Source: Laetmonice hystrix (taxonomy: Eukaryota). Taken from it: a stretch of DNA of 60,000 nucleotides. Under the pieces are notes generated by a model. It did no database searches. It was not told where the DNA came from and worked only from the letters and a program-made list of their open reading frames with translations. How positions within the stretch are numbered: the first letter of the stretch is position 1; every line of letters starts with the position of its first letter. This document shows, piece after piece, positions 1 to 11,305 of this stretch. The stretch covers positions 17,424,001-17,484,000 of the forward strand of contig OZ249436.1 in NCBI GenBank assembly GCA_965235115.1, read 5' to 3'. The translations under genes and the position numbers were made by a program.

Positions 1-112
1 ATGTTTTCTGTCGTCAGTGAAGACCATGCAGTTGTTAGTATGTGTATGTCCACCTGTATAACCAATCCCTCACATATGTGATCATAGATGACCTGCTGTT
101 CGTTGTTATCAG

Positions 113-314
113 GAGGATTCAGCAACAGCACGACCAACTCGATCGCGAGTATCGTGAGGCTGCAGCCGGACTCCTCCGGAACTCCAGCAAACTCCGCAGA
201 CAGGTCAGTGACGTCACCGCCAGGGGGAATGACCCCGTAACCTCAGGTCTCAACTCCTCGCGTCTCCTCTCTGGGGGTGTTTTGGGGAGAAAACCCTGGG
301 AAATATTGGCCTGA
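113..314 (+). CDS. Probable terminal coding exon of an upstream, unidentified gene (RIQQQHDQLDREYREAAAGLLRNSSKLRRQ...GRKPWEILA*)
   Basis: Acceptor ctgttcgttgttatcAG at 111-112, open frame to TGA 312-314, helical/coiled-coil-like peptide, AT-rich 3'UTR-like sequence downstream. An internal donor-like site (cag|gtcagt, ~203) is an alternative end. Confidence 0.5.
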
Positions 315-528
315 TCTGATCGGGGTGTAGCCTCGGGTTCACACTGGTTATGGAAATCCTGAGCGGGGGCATACATGAAATTCACTGATAGAATCTAGTA
401 ATAGAAATCCTGGGAAATTTTAACACATTTTAAAAAAAGTCATGGAAATATATCCATTATCTCAGGACCACAAACTCTATTATGCTGTCTCGAGTTGGGG
501 CTAACCCCTGAGACTAGGGTCTATGTTT

Positions 529-572
529 GGCGCTAGGTGGCAGTATGGTCGGCGCTAGGTGGCACTATGGTC
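529..572 (+). promoter_or_regulatory. Tandem pair of CTCF-like sites (22-bp duplication)
   Basis: GGCGCTAGGTGGCAGTA and GGCGCTAGGTGGCACTA resemble the CTCF core (CCASYAGRKGGCRS) and sit between a gene end and a promoter-like region. Confidence 0.5.
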
Positions 573-899
573 GACCATCGGTCTGACAGTGGGAAGGAAT
601 CCCTGTTTGGGAGAAATGGCTAATAATTGTCGATATATAAATATAACAAAAATTATTTATTTCGAAAACATTCAGAAAGTTGCTGACAAATTCAAGGTAG
701 GTGTTTGAAAGTAAATATTCAAACCTGGAAATTTTACTCACAGACCAGTTCAGCACTAAGAATAGGATATGTCACATTTTTTGTTTGATCATTTTTTTGA
801 AAGCTGACAACGACCCCCATGTTATTTTAGGGGTCATATTACGTCCTTTAGTTTGGGAGTTCGTTTCACCACGCTTGGCTGCATGGTTGTGTTAGAGTG

Positions 900-990
900 T
901 AGGCTGCGGTCACGTGACGCGGCTGAGCGTCCTGATTGGCTCCTTCGTTTTGACACCATCTCATCGTTTGTAGATCACGTGGTATGTTCA
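900..990 (+). promoter_or_regulatory. Candidate promoter / first non-coding exon
   Basis: Palindromic E-box GTCACGTGAC (909-918), reverse CCAAT box CTGATTGGCT (932-941), second CACGTG directly followed by donor-like GTATGT (982). Confidence 0.45.
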
Positions 991-1423
991 TGGAATAACG
1001 CCAACTACAGATGTATGATGTTCAAACAGCCTGAGGGTAGTACACTTCTTTAGTTTGTCAATAACTTCTCGCTTTATGCTTTGATTGTCTCAAGCCTGAT
1101 GAAAAGGTAGCTTTTATTCCCATCACTGTATATTTTATAGATCTCTGCCTGTGCCTGATGTTTTTTTAAATACCAAAGGAGAAAATAATCAGGGATAATA
1201 CTACTACACACGTATAGGCCTACATATGGATACAAAAAAAACCTGGTAAAAAGTCAAGAATTCTATGTACTCAATAAGGTATATAATTATGCCAGTGTGC
1301 AATATAAGGTGCAAGGTAAGCGTTATAACATAGAGGTCAACTGAATAATGTACAAGGCAAACAGGATGTATGAGATAAAGTTCCCTCTCAGTCACATGTG
1401 CAAACAAGGTAGTTGAGGTTGAA

Positions 1424-1514
1424 TTAGCCTGGTTCCCCTGCCCGCCGCTACGCTCCGCGTGCGACCATTGATCAGCGCCAAGGAGCGTAGCGGCGGGCAG
1501 GGGAACCAGGCTAA
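1424..1514. mobile_element. Short MITE-like foldback element with perfect 33-bp inverted arms
   Basis: TTAGCCTGGTTCCCCTGCCCGCCGCTACGCTCC (1424-1456) is the exact reverse complement of 1482-1514, with a 25-nt loop and TA-containing ends. Confidence 0.8.
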
Positions 1515-2081
1515 GGTTGGCCGCTAAGGCCGGTCCATCAGTCCAGCCCCTGCTGCCATATATTATTTATCTTATAGCATGGTTACATTTAATTTAACGG
1601 CAATACTGCCGGGAATACTGGGTGACATGGAGGGGGGGGGGGATTTAATAGTTTCTCAAGGTGAACAGCATATAAAGCTGGTTAGAATGCAGAGGCCCAC
1701 CCCTAATAATCTGGAGGGGGCATCCCCCCTACCCAATAATCTGTGATCACGAAGTGATGCAGATTGCTGGCATAATGTAGGCATACACCCACATTTCACG
1801 AGAAACAAGATGTGGGTGGCACTAAATATCATCACTCAACGTTTGAGTGACGGTCGTGTTCGACTGGGGAGAAATCAAACTTTAATATGAGCCTTGTGTT
1901 ACTGACATGAAAGTCCGGGAGATACCCAGAAGTGATGTGAGTATACCCCAGTCTGTCACATGGTCTCGTTGGTCACACCGACACCAGTTTTCCCAGAGCT
2001 CAAGTCTCATGCTGACCGAGATTGGAGTCGTAGATTTGAGCTTTAGTCATCACGGCCGTTGTCAAGGGAAACCGTCAGAAT

Positions 2082-2222
2082 GTCGCCATGGTAACGCCGT
2101 CTTACCACGACCATTAGGGGAAGCGAAACATGGGGAATTTACTGTCCGTCCTGTTAGAATACGGCGGGAGATAACGGTTTATTGACAAACTACGTGTGAG
2201 ACTGAATCCAGAGGAGGTAAGT
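2082..2222 (+). promoter_or_regulatory. RFX X-box followed by candidate first (5'UTR) exon ending in a consensus donor
   Basis: GTCGCCATGGTAAC at 2082-2095 and GAG|GTAAGT with GT at 2217. Confidence 0.5.
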
Positions 2223-2940
2223 TATCTATGTTGGTTAAATAGTTAGAAGTGATAAACTGAGTGATAAACTTTGTGGATCCAGGAGTGATCTAATCTAGTA
2301 GTTAAACTATTAGATTTGTAGGATAATGCTCTGAGACAGATTTGATGGAATTATGTGGAAACCCTTTTTAGCGTACATCAGCAGTTGGCCTATATCTGAC
2401 ATAAAGTGGGGGCTCCAAATCAGATGGTGCCGTAAATTGGGCCTAAATTTTCGCCCCCGGCCCCCCACTTAGACAGCCAGATATTGACAGAGGGAATATG
2501 TCCCCCAAACACATCATCCGTTGAGAGATGATTCACTTCACGACCAGGGTGGCTGAGTGCTTTAATGGTCAGTAGCTCACACATACAGGTAATTACAAAC
2601 GTTAGTCTTTGATCCTGTCAGTCATTATGCCATTCACCTGCTCATCCATTTCTCACCTGTCTGAAGTAGAGAGATCAACATGTGAGATAACGGTCGTCAG
2701 GGACAGTAAAATGACACTCTCCGAGTTGATATGACTGAGAATGTCCGAGTGAATGGAAGCAGCGGTTAGCAGTCATTGTCCGGTGACGCTGGTCTGTTAC
2801 GTAACACCCCGCGTAGCGTGAGAACCAGACACCAACCTTTCACTGGATCGAATCGGTGATCTCTTACATTATGTAACAACCCCTACCATTGACTGGACCA
2901 GACACGTAACCCTGCACTCAGATACTCAAACGTTTACCTT

Positions 2941-3073
2941 GGGCAGGTTCACACGGAGGATTTCCCCCGGGTAATACCCGGGTCAGTGGTGGTGAGCTGT
3001 ATGTAAAGACACCAGCTCACCACTGACCCGGGTGGGCCTATTACTCGGGGAAATCCTCAGTGTGAACCTGCCC
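2941..3073. mobile_element. Palindromic MITE-like element (possibly PIF/Harbinger-type)
   Basis: GGGCAGGTTCACAC...GTGTGAACCTGCCC termini; pairing continues inward (GAGGATTTCCCC/GGGGAAATCCTC, ACCCGGGTCAGTGGT/ACCACTGACCCGGGT, GGTGAGCTG/CAGCTCACC). Confidence 0.75.
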
Positions 3074-3867
3074 TAACAGTCGTCAGGAAACCTATTCTAA
3101 TTGTTCTCACAATATTTCTTATAGCCTAGTAGTGTAATCCAGTTTTGAGATACCTCGGCCGGTAAAATTAATTTAAAGCGAATTTATGCCAAGTATGTAC
3201 ATAGAATTGTGCTGAAGTGGGTCGGCCCTCTGGTAGAATTGAGATAACAGAACAAAACCAATCTCGAGTCGTACCGACTCTAGTTATCTCGATATCGTAA
3301 GATCAGACCGCTAAAATAAAGGCTTATCAGGGGAAAACACTGAAAGATTAAGTTACGTTCCTGAAAACTTTGTCAAGGATATTTGCTAGTTTTAGATTGG
3401 CTGAAATGCGACTTTCTGGGACCTCCAGTTTCAGTTGGTGCCGACCTTCCTGTTTCAAGGACTCGGTTCGGAAAACTATAGTCCCCTATTACACGGCGGA
3501 CGACTATAGGCCTACTTGTCGATAAATATTATTAGTATATCCTGGTCCCGGCCCTGCTTACTCGTACGGTAACTAATAGACCTGCATTTTAGAATGATTG
3601 CCGAAGTTAATGGCGACGTCTATCTGTGTAGGCCTAATTATAGAAAATGTTTCCGAAGTTCTCGGACGTTGTCTGCGTGTCGTTATCGAAACCAGCTTCA
3701 CTTTCCAACAGTATCGTCCATAACGTCACTTGGTCACGTGATACTGTCCTGCAACACGTGACGACGTGTTTGAATGGAGTGAAGTGGGTCAAACCACATT
3801 TACACTACGTAATCATTAGACCACGTGGGTAAACATACTCAGAGATAGTTTAGAGCATCACAGGGTT

Positions 3868-4020
3868 AGAGAGAGAGACCCACACATACAGACAGACAGG
3901 CAGATAGACGGACAGACACACAGAGACAGAAATAGACAGATGGACACTATAGAGAGACAGAGAGGGATCCCCAGAGAGAGGAGAGAGAAAGACAGAGAGA
4001 CACAGAGTGTGAGGGACAGA
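3868..4020. repeat. Degenerate (GA)n/(GACA)n microsatellite
   Basis: Visible low-complexity purine-rich tract. Confidence 0.85.
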
Positions 4021-4742
4021 GGGGGTGGGGAAGAGAAGTTTATCCACTTGTATCTTCTTTTAAGATTAGGCATCTGATTTTGACCTAGACTAAGAGTATT
4101 GACCTATATCTCGGTCCAGTTGTGAGATGTGATAGAAAAAATATTAATAAAACCACTAAAAGTGAGAAGAGTACCTAATTGTTGAGGGGCGAGGTCGGCT
4201 GAACTCTATAGTACACAGTCAGTGCGGGAGTCTGGACAGACTGGCGGACTTGGAGGGGAAGTGACAGCGTCATGCAGTGTTGACAGAGTACGGTTGTTAT
4301 TTAATACACAAGGAGACTGGAGACAAAACAGAAAAACATTCTCATTGGGACTTCAGTCGGTCGGCGGAGGGGGCACGCGGTACTCGGCGGTGTAGGTCTA
4401 CTCTCAGTCTGAGATTCAGTCAGTGTTGGTCTCCGTGAGATAACAAGACGTCATCCTGACCCACCCAGACAGCCAATCACAGATTGCTGGACCTTGGACC
4501 CTGCTGCTGGTCAGATGTTACTGCCGTCTGCTGTGTTACATTGACGGATCATCTCGGGATCTGATCACATCGGAACGGACCGTGAACCTCATGGTGGGCG
4601 GGTGAGGACCGATTGACAAGTTCACACGTGTCTCTGCAGTCGTCGTGTCGGATCGGCAGCAGTCGGCAACTGGCAGCGATTGTTTGGCAACGCTAGTCAT
4701 CATGTTCACAATGTTTGGGTTCAGACTAAGGAGGAGGAAACA

Positions 4743-5901
4743 GAAGGCATTGAGCATTCCGGCCGTGGTAGGTTCATTACTCTGACTGAAGGTTTGAGCA
4801 TGTCGGCTGTGGTAGGTTCATTACTCTGACTGAAGGTTTGAGCAGGTCGGCCGTGGTAGGTTCATTACTCTGACTGAAGGTTTGAGCATGTCGGCCGTGG
4901 TAGGTTCATTACTCTGACTGAAGGTTTGAGCATGTCGGCCGTGGTAGGTTCATTACTCTGACTGAAGGTTTGAGCATGTCGGCCGTGGTAGGTTCATTAC
5001 TCTGACTGAAGTCATTGAGCATGTCGGCTGTGGTAGGTTCATTACTCTGACTGAAGGCATTGAGCATGTCGGCCGTGGTAGGTTCATTACTCTGACTGAA
5101 GGTTTGAGCAGGTCGGCCGTGGTAGGTTCATTACTCTGACTGAAGGCATTGAGCATGTCGGCTGTGGTAGGTTCATTACTCTGACTGAAGGTTTGAGCAT
5201 GTCGGCCGTGGTAGGTTCATTACTCTGACTGAAGGCATTGAGCATGTCGGCCGTGGTAGGTTCATTACTCTGACTGAAGGTTTGGGCATGCCGGCTGTGG
5301 TAGGTTCATTACTCTGACTGAAGGCATTGAGCATGTCGGCCGTGGTAGGTTCATTACTCTGACTGAAGGTTTGAGCATGTCGGCCGTGGTAGGTTCATTA
5401 CTCTGACTGAAGGTTTGGGCATGTCGGCCGTGGTAGGTTCATTACTATGACTGAAGGCATTGAGCATGTCGGCCGTGGTAGGTTCATTACTCTGACTGAA
5501 GGTTTGAGCATGTCGGCCGTGGTAGGTTCATTACTCTGGCTGAATTAAGGCATTGAGCATGCCGGCTGTGGTAGGTTCATTACTCTGACTGAAGGTTTGA
5601 GCATGCCGGCCGTGGTAGGTTCATTACTCTGACTGAAGGTTTGAGCATGCCGGCTGTGGTAGGTTCATTACTCTGACTGAAGGTTTGAGCATGCCGGCCG
5701 TGGTCGGTTCATTACTCTGACTGAAGGTTTGAGCATGTCGGCTGTGGTAGGTTCATTACTCTGACTGAAGGCATTGAGCATGTCGGCTGTGGTAGGTTCA
5801 TTACTCTGACTGAAGGCATTGAGCATGTCGGCTGTGGTAGGTTCATTACTCTGACTGAAGGCATTGAGCATGTCGGCCGTGGTAGGTTCATTACTCTGAC
5901 T
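4743..5901. repeat. Minisatellite, 44/45-bp unit, ~26 copies
   Basis: Unit GAAGG(TT/CAT)TGAGCATGTCGGCCGTGGTAGGTTCATTACTCTGACT; starts at 4743, 4788, 4832... Confidence 0.97.
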
Positions 5902-6805
5902 GACTCACCCTGTCTCAGCTCAGCTCACCTTTGCTGAGAATACTTCAGACATCAAACTTTTCCTACTACCAGCCTCAACTATTAACCATATTGAACACAG
6001 TTCGGCGTCGGCCTGTTGCCTTGGTGATGGAGACTGGCATGACTTCAGTCAGGTCCCGACGGCAGTGTAGTGCACGCTCATAGGAGACAACAGCTGTCAG
6101 TATATGTGTGGGAAATCAAGATATTTATTGAAAGACGTAGACTCTTCAGAGTTTACATCGTCATTGAAACGAAAATAAATTTCTATGACTTGTATACCTG
6201 TATAAAGTACTGCGTCACAGAGAACTTGCCACCAGGACGTCAGGCCGCTGTGAATATGTACAAATCACAGTTAGAAGCAAATGGTTCCCATTACAACTGA
6301 ACATAACTGGTACACTAGGTACACGAGTCCTTTATGAGGCCTCTGGGGTAACAGGATTTTTAGAAACGGATCGCATGGGGTAAATTAGGTTTACAAGTGT
6401 GTCTGTCAGTAAGGAGTTAGACCCTTCACACTCGAGGGTGAACAGTGATTCCTCTGGTTGACATGTCATCGTCAACATGTTTTCCTGGTTGACATGTCAC
6501 CGTCGCCGCCCGAGTTAGTGCCGAGCTGTCACGCTAACTAAAGCCAGATGGACGGTCGAACAAAGCCAGTCGTTCGCTACGGTTAGGACTTAACAGTCTA
6601 TTTGAAATATTTTTATTAAGAAACGAAAAAAAGAATCGTGGACGGCCTGGAAATCGTGACGTATAAAACTTTTCTTTCCTCATTAACGACATATACCCTG
6701 AATAAAACTTAAAATTCAGTAGGTTACTTACCCCAATTAGCTATCATTCACTCAGTTAATTAATTACTTGAGTATGATTGTTTGTTAATTGCTCCCGACG
6801 TCTGG

Positions 6806-6956
6806 CCTGGGGCCCGTTTCACTACGCTTATACAAGCTCATATCATCCATATTTCCTCCTATATATGACGTACTCCTCGCATAGCTATACGATTGCTATA
6901 ATTTACGAGGGATTTGAGCTCGTACGATACGAGCTCTCAGTGAAACGGCCCCCAGG
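6806..6956. mobile_element. MITE-like element, Harbinger-like termini
   Basis: CCTGGGGCCCGTTTCACT (6806-6823) vs AGTGAAACGGCCCCCAGG (6939-6956), 17/18 inverted match with CWG at the borders; internal hairpin GAGCTCGTA-CGA-TACGAGCTC. Confidence 0.7.
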
Positions 6957-7720
6957 TCTCGTAACCATTTCCCGTGGTTCCTACTTGAAAGGGTGACAAA
7001 AAAGTGTTGTAGTGAGGACCCTGTGGACCAGAACATGCCAGGAATGATGGTAACAAACTCTTTAACCCTGCAGACGTGTTATCATTCTACACCGGACGTA
7101 TCCAGACCCAGTGCAGGGGTAAGGGAGGGTGTGTGGCCAGGCGAACCGGAACACTACCACTAGGGTGATATGGTGGATCCTTGTCTTCTCCATGGTGATA
7201 TCTGGAGAATTCCGAGATGGCGTCAAGTTGGCGATCACTCACTGAGCGGGGAGGGGGGCACTGAGCGGGGGGGGGGGGGCACTGAGCGGGGGGAGGGGCA
7301 CTGAGAGGGGGGGGGGGGGCGTTGCACCGAGTCCCAAACGGCTCGAGTTTAGGGAAAACAACCTTTTTTATGCTCACCCCATTCCTGCCATTGTTGGTAA
7401 ACCCGGCAGATGTCAGCACTGGGTCCGGCGTGCGGATATCAGTTACCGGGTAACGGTGGAACCAACATTTGTACAGACACATCGGGTAGGGGTGTACTAG
7501 AGGGTATGACTGCCAGCCCCTGCTGAACAGGGCGGAAACACTTATCATCTGAGAATAACTCAAACGTGTACATATGTTCTATTGAGTGGATCGTACACAC
7601 TCTGATGTTAATTCTCCTCAAGCAGTTTGCTTCAAGCCGTATAACCTACACCACCCTCATTGACAGTCGTTCTCCCTCTGGTTACATAAGTGTAACCTCA
7701 TGGCTGACATTACATGAGTC

Positions 7721-8453
7721 GTGTTTTAGTTCAGTGTGGCTCCCAGAATACCCGCCAGGTCTGTCAGTGTCTCCACCAGTCTCAGATCACTGCTGACACC
7801 ATGAGCCACCGTGAACCGTGTTTTAGTTCAGTGTGGCTCCCAGAATACCCGCCAGGTCTGTCAGTGTCTCCACCAGTCTCAGATCACTGCTGACAACATG
7901 AGCCACCGTGAACCGTGTTTTAGTGTGGCTCCCAGAATACCCGCCAGGTCTGTCAGTGTCTCCACCAGTCTCAGATCACTGCTGACAACATGAGCCACCG
8001 TGAACCGTGTTTTAGTTCAGTGTGGCTCCCAGAATACCCGCCAGGTCCGTCAGTGTCTCCACCAGTCTCAGATCAATGCTGACACCATGAGCCACCGTGA
8101 ACCGTGTTTTAGTGTGGCTCCCAGAATACCCGCCAGGTCTGTCAGTGTCTCCACCAGTCTCAGATCTCTGCTGACAACATGAGCCACCGTGAACCGTGTT
8201 TTAGTTCAGTGTGGCTCCCAGAATACCCGCCAGGTCTGTCGGTGTCCCCACCAGTCTCAGATCACTGCTGACACCATGAGCCACCGTAAACCGTGTTTTA
8301 GTCAGTGTGGCCCCCAGAATACCCGCCAGGTCTGTCAGTGTCTCCACCAGTCTCAGATCTCTGCTGACACCATGAGCCACCGTGAACCGTGTTTTAGTTC
8401 AGTGTGGCTCCCAGAATACCCGCCAGGTCTGTCAGTGTCCCCACCAGTCTCAG
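7721..8453. repeat. Minisatellite, 92/97-bp unit, ~7.5 copies, partial 189-bp dimer periodicity
   Basis: Unit starts at 7721, 7818, 7915, 8007, 8104, 8196, 8293, 8389. Confidence 0.97.
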
Positions 8454-8984
8454 AACCCGCTGTGTCCAATGAAACCTGATCAGATGCGGTCAAGGAGTTG
8501 ATTGCAGGGTGTTCATTCTATAGTCGGTGGTCAAAGGAAGCAGTACTGATTGTACCACCACCCCGACCCCCGACCTCGACCCCCACTAATTATGATCACG
8601 TGTCCGTCATAGCTCACCTGACCGCCAGGTGGTAGTAGTGGCAGTGAACTCCGAGCAGACCTCCCCGTCACGGCCGGGTGGTCACAGTACCAGCCGAGCT
8701 GGGACTGCCCAAGCCGGACTGGGGGGTGGGCGGGGTCGGGTGTAAGAGAGGGGGCCTCTCGTGGAGTATGCTGATGTCGGGACGGGAGGAGGAGGGGCGG
8801 GAGGTTTAACGGCACTGACTACACACCAACACACGGCTCGCCAAGGGATAGGTTGCCGGACATAGACCTGCAGGAGTACGACCTGCGAGATAGCGACCTG
8901 CCGCAGGTCTTCACCTGATCACGTGGCCTGCCAGCGGACTGTAAGTACAGTTATCGATTGACACCACCACTTCGCAGTGCTGGT

Positions 8985-9410
8985 AAACACACAGAGCACG
9001 TGTGGATACACAGAGGTGAATACACAGAGGATCGACGTGGTGCATATAGAGGATACGTTTGGTAGATACAGTTAGAGCAGGTACTAAACACGGTGAATAC
9101 ACATGATGTGTTACATATAAATACAGTATCACACCTTGTGGACACAGTGGATACACACAGTGGATACACACGAAACGTTACACGACGTGGATACAAGCAG
9201 GACGTATAATAATAGTACAACATTTTTAGACCTTGACGGGTTGTGGACACAGACAGGTGTTGATACACAGTTGGCGGTTTGTGAACACAACAGTTGATAC
9301 ACATTATTTTGACGGGTTATGGACAACACACACGAGGTGATACACGGTTGGCAAATTGTGGACAAGTGTTGATACACAGTTGGCGGGTTTGTGGATACAC
9401 ACAGGCGTTG
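8985..9410. repeat. Old degenerate array built on GTGGATACAC / TTGATACAC motifs
   Basis: Recurrent GTGGATACAC, GTGAATACAC and GTTGATACAC at irregular spacing. Confidence 0.65.
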
Positions 9411-9519
9411 TGACCTGACGAGAGGCCGGTTAGAGTTGGGTGAGTGTACCTGAGGCCCCCCCCATGTCACATCTCCAGAAAATTTGATGCAAAATCACTT
9501 ATTCCTAGCCCCAAACCGA

Positions 9520-9690
9520 ACACCCCACCCCTTCCCCTGTCCCCGCCCCTTTCTCCGCCCTTCCCCTGCCCCGTCCCTGCCCACCCCTGGCCCCTGGCCC
9601 CTGCCCCTTCCCCCGTCCCTGCCCCGCCTCTGCCCCGCCTCTGCCCTGCCCTCTGCTCCACCCCTGCCCCCTGCCCCACCCCTGCCTCCA
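9520..9690. repeat. C-rich low-complexity tract (CCCTGCC-like)
   Basis: Visible degenerate repeat; source of the Pro/Gly-rich spurious ORFs. Confidence 0.85.
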
Positions 9691-10099
9691 GTTTGGTGTG
9701 AATATATTACTACAGATATATTGCCCCGTACCCCAGCCGCCGTTGTAGACGTGTTAGGATACCGGAATGTGAAGGAATGTAGTTTGCTCACTTGGTCGCC
9801 TCATAGTTCACACAATACACACACGCACCCTACCACATTCATCGTAGCGTGCCTAGAAGCCAGGATTGTGATAACGTACGTTCAATATAAGGCCTTACAT
9901 AGCCCGCTTTAATCCTGCAAGCAGATTTAAGCGATTAATTGAATTAAAGCTACTTTCTGGTGGAGAATAACTTTTCTGGGCCAGTGTTTGATAAAGCCGC
10001 CTCCTTGGAATGGAATTAGTTAAACGGAGGGAAATGATCTTTGATTGCAGTCAGTACTTGCCGGTTACTTTACATAGGGTACCATGAGGGTAGTGATGG

Positions 10100-10577
10100 A
10101 CAAGGGGTTAGAGGCTCTGGCTGAGGGCCAGACAAGGGGTTAGAGGCTCCGGCTGAGGGCCAGACAAGGGGTTAGAGGCTCTGGCTGAGGGCCAGACAAG
10201 GGGTTAGAGGCTCTGGCTGAGGGCCAGACAAGGGGTTAGAGGCTCTGGCTGAGGGCCGGGCGAGGGGTTAGAGGCTCTGGCTGAGGGCCGGGCGAGGGGT
10301 TAGAGGCTCTGGCTGAAGGCCAGACAAGGGGTTAGAGGCTCTGGCTGAGGGCCGGGCGAGGGGTTAGACGCTCTGGCTGAGGGCCGGGCGAGGGGTTAGG
10401 CGCTCTGGCTGAGGGCCGGGCGAGGGGAGGCTCAGGGTGAGGGCCGGGCGAGGGGTTAGAGGCTCTGACTGAGGGCCGGGCGAGGGGTTAGAGGCTCTGG
10501 GTGAGGGCCGGGCGAGGGGTTAGAGGCTCTGGGTGAGGGCCGGGCGAGGGGTTAGGGGCTCTGGGTGAGGGCCGGGT
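10100..10577. repeat. Minisatellite, 32-bp unit, ~15 copies
   Basis: CAAGGGGTTAGAGGCTCTGGCTGAGGGCCAGA at 10101, 10133...; the variant shifts from CAGACAA to CGGGCGA along the array. Confidence 0.96.
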
Positions 10578-10899
10578 CGTACTCGTGGCCATCCTTGCAG
10601 GGTTCGAATCCACCCAGATACAAAAAATGTACACTGTCTAGATGAAAGAACCCTTGCCACTGATCAAAATGTGTAGACTGTTGTCTGTTCATCATCAACA
10701 CCCAAATAGACTAAATAAATGAAAAAAGAAATAGTTTCTGAAGAAGTCCATCAGTTGCGGACAGGACAATCAACCACCTCTATATATATTTGTACACGAC
10801 CAATGACACTGACAGATAATTCGCGCCACTATCGACAATAAAAAGTTTATTTTTAAAGAATGTATCAAAGAATGTATCAAAGTCAGGTCTCACAACTTC

Positions 10900-11091
10900 A
10901 AGGGTATATCTGCCACCTGACAGGGAAGCTTTAATACGGATAGGTCTCGCAAGGGTATATCTGCCACCTGACAGGGAAGTTGTAATACGGATAGGTCTCG
11001 CAAGGGTATATCTGCCACCTGACAGGGAAGTTATAATACGGATAGGTCTCGCAAGGGTATATCTGCCACCTGACAGGGAAGTTTTAATACG
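10900..11091. repeat. Minisatellite, 51-bp unit, ~4 copies, each with a CTCF-like motif on the - strand
   Basis: AAGGGTATATCTGCCACCTGACAGGGAAG... at 10900, 10951, 11002, 11053. Confidence 0.93.
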
Positions 11092-11201
11092 GGGGGGGGG
11101 GGGAGAGTGGCAGGCCGATGTCATCGCAAGTTAGATGTGTTTAAGACCTTTTTACAGTTTTTTCTTGCTTATTTTGTTCACCCTGCACCGTACCGTGCCA
11201 G

Positions 11202-11305
11202 CTGGGGTCGAGGCAATGACCCGGAACCGGAACCTGCGGCAGGTCAACTGGAAACGTCAGGGTTCGTGCAGCCAGACGTGCTGGGTCATCAGAGACTGGC
11301 ACGGG
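11202..11305 (+). CDS. Possible exon containing a start codon (ATG 11216: MTRNRNLRQVNWKRQGSCSQTCWVIRDWHG)
   Basis: Pyrimidine-rich tract plus CAG at 11199-11201, strong G/C third-position bias in this frame, weak donor GGG|GTGGGG ending in phase 0, compatible with the next small exons. Confidence 0.3.

Noticed and set aside
8772..8946. Coding exon (…RLPDIDLQEYDLRDSDLPQVFT*) with downstream donor ACT|GTAAGT
   Set aside because: The frame is closed by TGA at 8772 with no ATG or clear acceptor; could be UTR or non-coding exon but unsupported as CDS.
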